Shown piece after piece: positions 59,422 to 64,000 of a stretch of 64,000 bases of DNA. Within the stretch, counting starts at the first letter, position 1, and every line of letters begins with the position of its first letter. The translations under genes were made by a program, and so were the position numbers. Source of the DNA: Gemmatimonadales bacterium (GTDB taxonomy: Bacteria > Gemmatimonadota > Gemmatimonadetes > Gemmatimonadales > GWC2-71-9); contig JBFGJG010000006.1 of the NCBI GenBank assembly GCA_041577295.1, forward strand, positions 1 through 64,000. The letters are read 5' to 3'. Below the pieces are notes generated by a model. It was not told the origin of the DNA, did not search any database, and saw only the letters and a program-made list of their open reading frames with translations.

Positions 59422-61971
59422 CTAAAACCTTCGCCCGCGCCGACGGCGTCTTCCCTGACGAGGGAGGCGTGCCAGCCCCCTGGCTAACTCGTCGAGGCTC
59501 GCGGCTCGGATCACCTCGCGCTTCCCGCGCACCACGCTGAGCCGGAGGGGACGACCCACCTGGGGTAAGTCCCGTTTCCGGAGCCTGCGTGCCTGCCCCT
59601 CCCGGAGTTTGAGACGCGCGACCGCTTGCCCCCCTTCGATGTCGTACACCAGGGGGATGCGATCCCCGAGAACCATGGCCGAGCTAGGCAGCGCGTCCAG
59701 GCTCTCTCGTACCCCTGCCGGAATCAGCGCATCGACCTCGAGCTCCAGGGCTGTATCTAGGAACCCACTCCAGCTGTCTACGTCACGCAACTGATCACGC
59801 AGGAGATCGCGTGACACACCCGGTTGCGCGGTTTCCAAAGTTCCGCCCGACCGACGCCAGTACTCGTCAATCCGGGCGGCGGCGCGGAGAATCGCGTTCT
59901 GGGTCGGATGGGGAGTGAGCCCCGCGAGCAGAGCATCGACAAGGGCTTCTCTTGCCTGTTCCCTAAGCTCCACAGGGAAGTCACCGACCAGCGGTCGCCG
60001 TTCCTGATCCAGGACGAAGCCGAAGTACTCGGTGCGCTGCGTGACGACCAGCCCAGCACGGCGCCGCCCATTGCGAAATTCCACTGTTGGATCGCTCGGG
60101 GTTGCGTACCGTCGAATCAAGCGAAACGGAATGTTGGAGCCCTCGACAACGGCACGGGGAACCCCAAACTTGTCCGCGAAGTAGCGGAGGGTGCCTGCCA
60201 CCGCCCCATGAGGGTTACACGTCGAAGAATCGGACACCCGTACCCGCTCGCCATCGGCCGTTTCGTTCTCAATCACCAAGTCAAAAGGCATGACTCGCGC
60301 GACGAGATCGGCAAACCGGTGCGCCGTGCCGCGGTTGGCCAACGGGAGCTCGGCGGGGAGCGAGATCTCGAGTGTTCGGTAGACGGAGGCCAACCCGAGG
60401 GCCACATCCTCGATGGCTTTCACCAATACCCCTCGCTCCTCGGCCCATGCATCCACGGACTCATCGAACAGATGACGGGGCAGCCCGTACACTTCCCCGC
60501 GATATCCAAACCTGTTTACGGCCTCTGCAAACAGATTGTAGGCGGTGAGATGATCGCTCCCGTGCACGATGAGCCCGCGCAGATCGGGATCATCACGGGT
60601 CATCCGATGCAACGACTCGATGTTGGCCGCAACGGCCACGTACGGCAGGAGATCATCTTCGGCATGGACCAGCAGCTCGCCCCATTGCCGTTCCACCGGC
60701 ATCGCTTCGACGTCGCGTCCGTAAGGCGTCAAGCGGTTTCCCTCGAGGATTCCCCTTTTCGCCAGACGGTAAACGGTGGCCTCATACGCCCTTCGGTCGA
60801 GGGGCACCGGTAGCTCGAGTTGGCTGAGGTCGATACCGAGTGCACCCGCGGTCAACGCCACCCGCTCGGAGTCGCCCGCGAGCTGGAACTCCGGCGGACC
60901 GGGCCGCAACTCCGCGAACACGATGTCACGATCCGTCAGAATGTAGACCTCTCCCTCCGGTACACGCCCGTGTACCCGTCCCGCCATCTGCAGGATTTCG
61001 TTCGCGCCAAGATATTGGCGCGTCAGGACGTTCCGGCCACGATCGATGATGTTCCCGTAACGGGCATCGTAGATCACCACCGTGTCTAAGCCGCGGATGT
61101 TCAGAGCCGATTGACCAGCCTGGGTCATCGACAGGACAAAGGGCTTTGCTGCAGTGCCGTCGAGGAAGGGACGAATGACACGGATTGGCTCTCCGCCATG
61201 GTAGAACGCCGCATTGAGGTTCATCCACTGGTCCCCGAGCACTGCGGCGACCTGCTCCACCTCTGCACGCGTTGGGAGAAAGACCGCGACACCTCGGGCG
61301 TGTCGGACGACCCGACGCACGAACTTGTCATCGAGAAAGTCGAGCGGCTTGCGCATATGCGTGGAAACGCGTGCCGCGAGCGTTGGATCGAACGCTGTCG
61401 TTTCCAATACCTCGGCGGATTCCAAGTACTCGGCGTAGAACGCCGGATCCACCGTCGCGGACAGCCAGATGAAACGGCAGCTCAGGCGCTTACCGAGAGC
61501 AAGACAGAGCTCGAGCTCTGCCGAGGTCTGATGAATCTCGTCTACCACGATAGTGTCGTGCGGGTCGATGAGATCGTCCTGGAACCAACGGCGTGCGATT
61601 CCGGTGGTGACGATCACAACGTTCCAGCTTGGTGTCTCGGGTGTCGCCTCGCGCTCACGATTCACCACCCCAACGCGAAGGGGCACGCCGAGAATCTCCT
61701 CAGCGATCAATCGAATGCCGAGCGTCTTGCCCGTCCCTGTGGCGGCAACGATACCGAATCCGAGTCCGCGATGGGCGAGATCTCGCATCTCATCGCCGTG
61801 CTCGCGCTCGAGCACCGTCGAAAGGCGGAGTGACATGGCGAGCTCGATGGTCTCGCAGGCAGCGCGCGTGGGAGCAATTACGATGACGCGCCCGGTCGCC
61901 GGTTCAGCCCGACGAAAGGCATCCGGATCGGGCGGAAGGTAGTGGTCGCGGATATGGTGATGAGGGCTCAT
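59422..61971 (-). CDS. DEAH-box (HrpB-like) SF2 helicase
   Basis: ATGTGKT, DEIH, SAT, VFLPT, QMAGR; HrpB-like C-terminal LPSSA..IPLVY. Confidence 0.82.
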   Translation of the reverse strand: MSPHHHIRDHYLPPDPDAFRRAEPATGRVIVIAPTRAACETIELAMSLRLSTVLEREHGDEMRDLAHRGLGFGIVAATGTGKTLGIRLIAEEILGVPLRVGVVNREREATPETPSWNVVIVTTGIARRWFQDDLIDPHDTIVVDEIHQTSAELELCLALGKRLSCRFIWLSATVDPAFYAEYLESAEVLETTAFDPTLAARVSTHMRKPLDFLDDKFVRRVVRHARGVAVFLPTRAEVEQVAAVLGDQWMNLNAAFYHGGEPIRVIRPFLDGTAAKPFVLSMTQAGQSALNIRGLDTVVIYDARYGNIIDRGRNVLTRQYLGANEILQMAGRVHGRVPEGEVYILTDRDIVFAELRPGPPEFQLAGDSERVALTAGALGIDLSQLELPVPLDRRAYEATVYRLAKRGILEGNRLTPYGRDVEAMPVERQWGELLVHAEDDLLPYVAVAANIESLHRMTRDDPDLRGLIVHGSDHLTAYNLFAEAVNRFGYRGEVYGLPRHLFDESVDAWAEERGVLVKAIEDVALGLASVYRTLEISLPAELPLANRGTAHRFADLVARVMPFDLVIENETADGERVRVSDSSTCNPHGAVAGTLRYFADKFGVPRAVVEGSNIPFRLIRRYATPSDPTVEFRNGRRRAGLVVTQRTEYFGFVLDQERRPLVGDFPVELREQAREALVDALLAGLTPHPTQNAILRAAARIDEYWRRSGGTLETAQPGVSRDLLRDQLRDVDSWSGFLDTALELEVDALIPAGVRESLDALPSSAMVLGDRIPLVYDIEGGQAVARLKLREGQARRLRKRDLPQVGRPLRLSVVRGKREVIRAASLDELARGLARLPRQGRRRRRGRRF

Positions 61972-61995
61972 TGGCTCGGCAAGCGGCAGGTTCCT

Positions 61996-63075
61996 TCAGT
62001 CGCCCAAGCAGACGCCGAGGTTTCGCGCGGTTGCCACCATATCCGAGTCCAAGGGGATTTTCCGTGGTCCTTGGAGAGCCTCCTCGAGGGATACGAGCGT
62101 CACGTTCGGTGGCGCGTACGACACCATCTGGCCGAAGGCCCCGTCCGCCACCGCTTGGACTGCAGTAGCCCCAAAGCGCAACGCGAGCAGCCGGTCGAAC
62201 GTGGTTGGGAAACCGCCCCGCTGAAGGTGCCCCAACGTAATTGTACGGGTCTCCTTTCCGGTGCGCTCGGTTATCAGATCGGCAACCCGCTGACCGATCC
62301 CACCCAACCGCTCCACTCCGCCTGGCACCGCTGCCGCGTGGATCGTCCTGGCACCTTCGCTCGGCACGGCCCCTTCGGCGACGACGACGATGCTGAAGTG
62401 GCGACCCGACGCCTCGCGTTCACGGATCTTCGCGCAGACCTTCTCCGCATCAAACGGAATCTCGGGGATCAGAATCACGTCCGCGGTTCCCGCAAGGCCG
62501 GATGCCAACGCAATCCACCCGGTATCGCGTCCCATCACCTCGACGACGAGCACCCGTTCGTGGCTCTGGGCGGACGGGTGAATCTTGTCGATGGCCTCTG
62601 TGGCTGTTTGCACGGCCGTATCGAAGCCGAACGTCTGCACTGTTCCATGGACGTCGTTATCGATCGTCTTGGGCACGCCGACCGTTGGAATCCCCTTCTT
62701 CCAGAGCTGGCAGGCGATCGAGAGCGTTCCGTCCCCGCCAACGGCGATCATCGCATCGAGCGAAAGTTCTTTGAAGGATGCGACCAATTCGTCGGACCGG
62801 TCTTTTTCTGCCCACGTACCGTCCAATTGCAACATCGGCCAGCGGAATGGATTGCCGCGGTTGGTGGTACCGAGGATCGTTCCTCCGAGATGGGTGATTC
62901 CGCGCACCGTATCGCGGTCCAGCGGAACCACGCGGGCGTCGCCGAGCAGTCCCCCGAATCCTCGGCGGATGCCAAGCACCTGCCAGCCCCGATTGAGCGA
63001 GCCAAGGACGGCGGATCGAATCACGGCATTGAGTCCCGGGGCATCCCCGCCGCCCGTCATGATGGCTATGCGCAT
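61996..63075 (-). CDS. pfkA: 6-phosphofructokinase
   Basis: TGGGDAPGLN, GGTILGT, GGDG, PKTIDND, EVMGR, LGHLQRGG. Confidence 0.95.
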   Translation of the reverse strand: MRIAIMTGGGDAPGLNAVIRSAVLGSLNRGWQVLGIRRGFGGLLGDARVVPLDRDTVRGITHLGGTILGTTNRGNPFRWPMLQLDGTWAEKDRSDELVASFKELSLDAMIAVGGDGTLSIACQLWKKGIPTVGVPKTIDNDVHGTVQTFGFDTAVQTATEAIDKIHPSAQSHERVLVVEVMGRDTGWIALASGLAGTADVILIPEIPFDAEKVCAKIREREASGRHFSIVVVAEGAVPSEGARTIHAAAVPGGVERLGGIGQRVADLITERTGKETRTITLGHLQRGGFPTTFDRLLALRFGATAVQAVADGAFGQMVSYAPPNVTLVSLEEALQGPRKIPLDSDMVATARNLGVCLGD

Positions 63076-63091
63076 GGATTGTCGGTGGGTG

Positions 63092-63322
63092 TCAGCGTTG
63101 GAGCCCCTGGATGATAGCGAGAACTTCTCCTCGCTCTGCGTGCCGCCCCAGCTTCTTCTTGGAGAACACGAGCCGGCCGTCGATGCTCACCTCGAATCGA
63201 CCTCCTCCGCCCTGGACGAGCCGCACTTCCGCGTCGGGGTAGTGCGCTTGGATTTGCGCCGCCAAACTGGCGGCTCGCGGCTCGTAGTTTCAAACGACGC
63301 AGTATTCAATGGTTACGCGCAC
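63092..63322 (-). CDS. SelW/SelT/SelH (Rdx family) selenoprotein, 76 aa
   Basis: GTG start; MRVTIEYCVV-U(TGA 63290-63292)-NYEPRAASLAAQI...GGGRFEVSIDGRLVFSKKKLGRH; absent from the ORF track. Confidence 0.9.
63258..63274 (-). promoter_or_regulatory. bacterial SECIS-like hairpin
   Basis: GCCGCCA-GUU-UGGCGGC stem-loop starting 15 nt 3' of the UGA, with G first in the loop. Confidence 0.7.
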
Positions 63323-63433
63323 GGTCGCATCCCGGCCAAGACACCTGAAAGGTAACGCGCACACGTCCAGGGCACCGCCCTACGAACGCGCTTGCCGAAT
63401 TGGGGGAACCGGCTCACGTTATCCGGCCCATTT

Positions 63434-64000
63434 ATGAACCACGCCACCCGCAGTGCTGCTACCGCCCTTCGCGCCGTCGTCTACGGCGGTGGGGCGGCGT
63501 TCGTCTTATGGGCAGCCACATCCCTGTGGCGCGAACCGGAGCTTCGAGCGGGGCCAGCACTCCTCGAACTGGTCGGACTCGTCGTGGCTGCGACGGTCAC
63601 CCGTCGGTTTGGACTGGCTCTTCCCGGTCGCGGCTTCGCCTCCTACATCCTCGCGGTCGTCCTGATCGGTTTCCTGCTCCGTGGCTGGATGTTTGCCGCC
63701 CTCGTGACGCTGGTCGGCGTGCCTCTCGGAGATCTCGTCTTCCGCCGGCGGGGCTGGGCCGGTCTCGAAACCGCCGTGCACATTGTGTTCGCCACCGGAG
63801 TTTCAGGGTGGCTGTACGCAGTGGCAGGCGGTCGGGTGGGCCCCGGGGTCATCAGCGCACCCAATCTATTGCCCCTGCTCCTCCTCATCGTGGCGTTGCC
63901 GCTCCTTGCCAACCTCACCTTCTATCTCCAGTCCACGCTGTTGGGGCAGGTTGAGTGGATCGATGCCAAGATGACGCTTCGGTGGGAGGTCGTCGTGACG
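63434..64000 (+). CDS. multi-TM membrane protein, probable sensor N-terminus (runs off the window)
   Basis: Open frame from ATG 63434 (MNHATRSAATALRAVVYGGG...) to the window end with several hydrophobic helices. Confidence 0.7.
   Translation, partial: MNHATRSAATALRAVVYGGGAAFVLWAATSLWREPELRAGPALLELVGLVVAATVTRRFGLALPGRGFASYILAVVLIGFLLRGWMFAALVTLVGVPLGDLVFRRRGWAGLETAVHIVFATGVSGWLYAVAGGRVGPGVISAPNLLPLLLLIVALPLLANLTFYLQSTLLGQVEWIDAKMTLRWEVVVT

Noticed and set aside
61942..63355. Long plus-strand ORFs (390 aa, 256 aa)
   Set aside because: Antisense shadows of pfkA and the selenoprotein gene

Overview
A GC-rich bacterial chromosomal window with about 55 CDS and no rRNA, tRNA, CRISPR array or transposase that I could detect. 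The gene-family mix suggests Gemmatimonadota, but that is inference only. Family calls come from motif recognition and recalled sequences, not database searches. Left to right: (1) a Pseudomonas-like sigX-cfrX-cmpX envelope/mechanosensitive-channel island with extra MscS genes, a porin and LapA; (2) secreted and housekeeping genes; (3) at 13.2-27.9 kb, the regulatory tier of a flagellar hierarchy (sigma54 activator, degenerate FlhG, FliA, an FlgM-like ORF, sigma54- and sigma28-type promoters) with no flagellar structural genes in the window, where the sigma28 promoter instead heads a ~10 kb operon of hybrid kinase, PilB/GspE-REC fusion, pilin and two REC-HD-GYP proteins; (4) an N6-adenine MTase + SNF2 helicase pair with no evident nuclease; (5) phosphate transport; (6) a DNA-damage locus (Zn-ribbon microprotein, SPL-like radical SAM, DUF72, imuB, small ORF, dnaE2) whose two promoters share a direct repeat TTCGG-N6-TTCGG over the -10 box, a candidate lineage-specific SOS operator; (7) peptidase/TRAP-TAXI, ispH, mgtE, regulators, an HrpB-like helicase with apparently permuted motifs, and pfkA; (8) a SelW/Rdx selenoprotein (CxxU, in-frame UGA, SECIS-like hairpin) missed by the ORF track.
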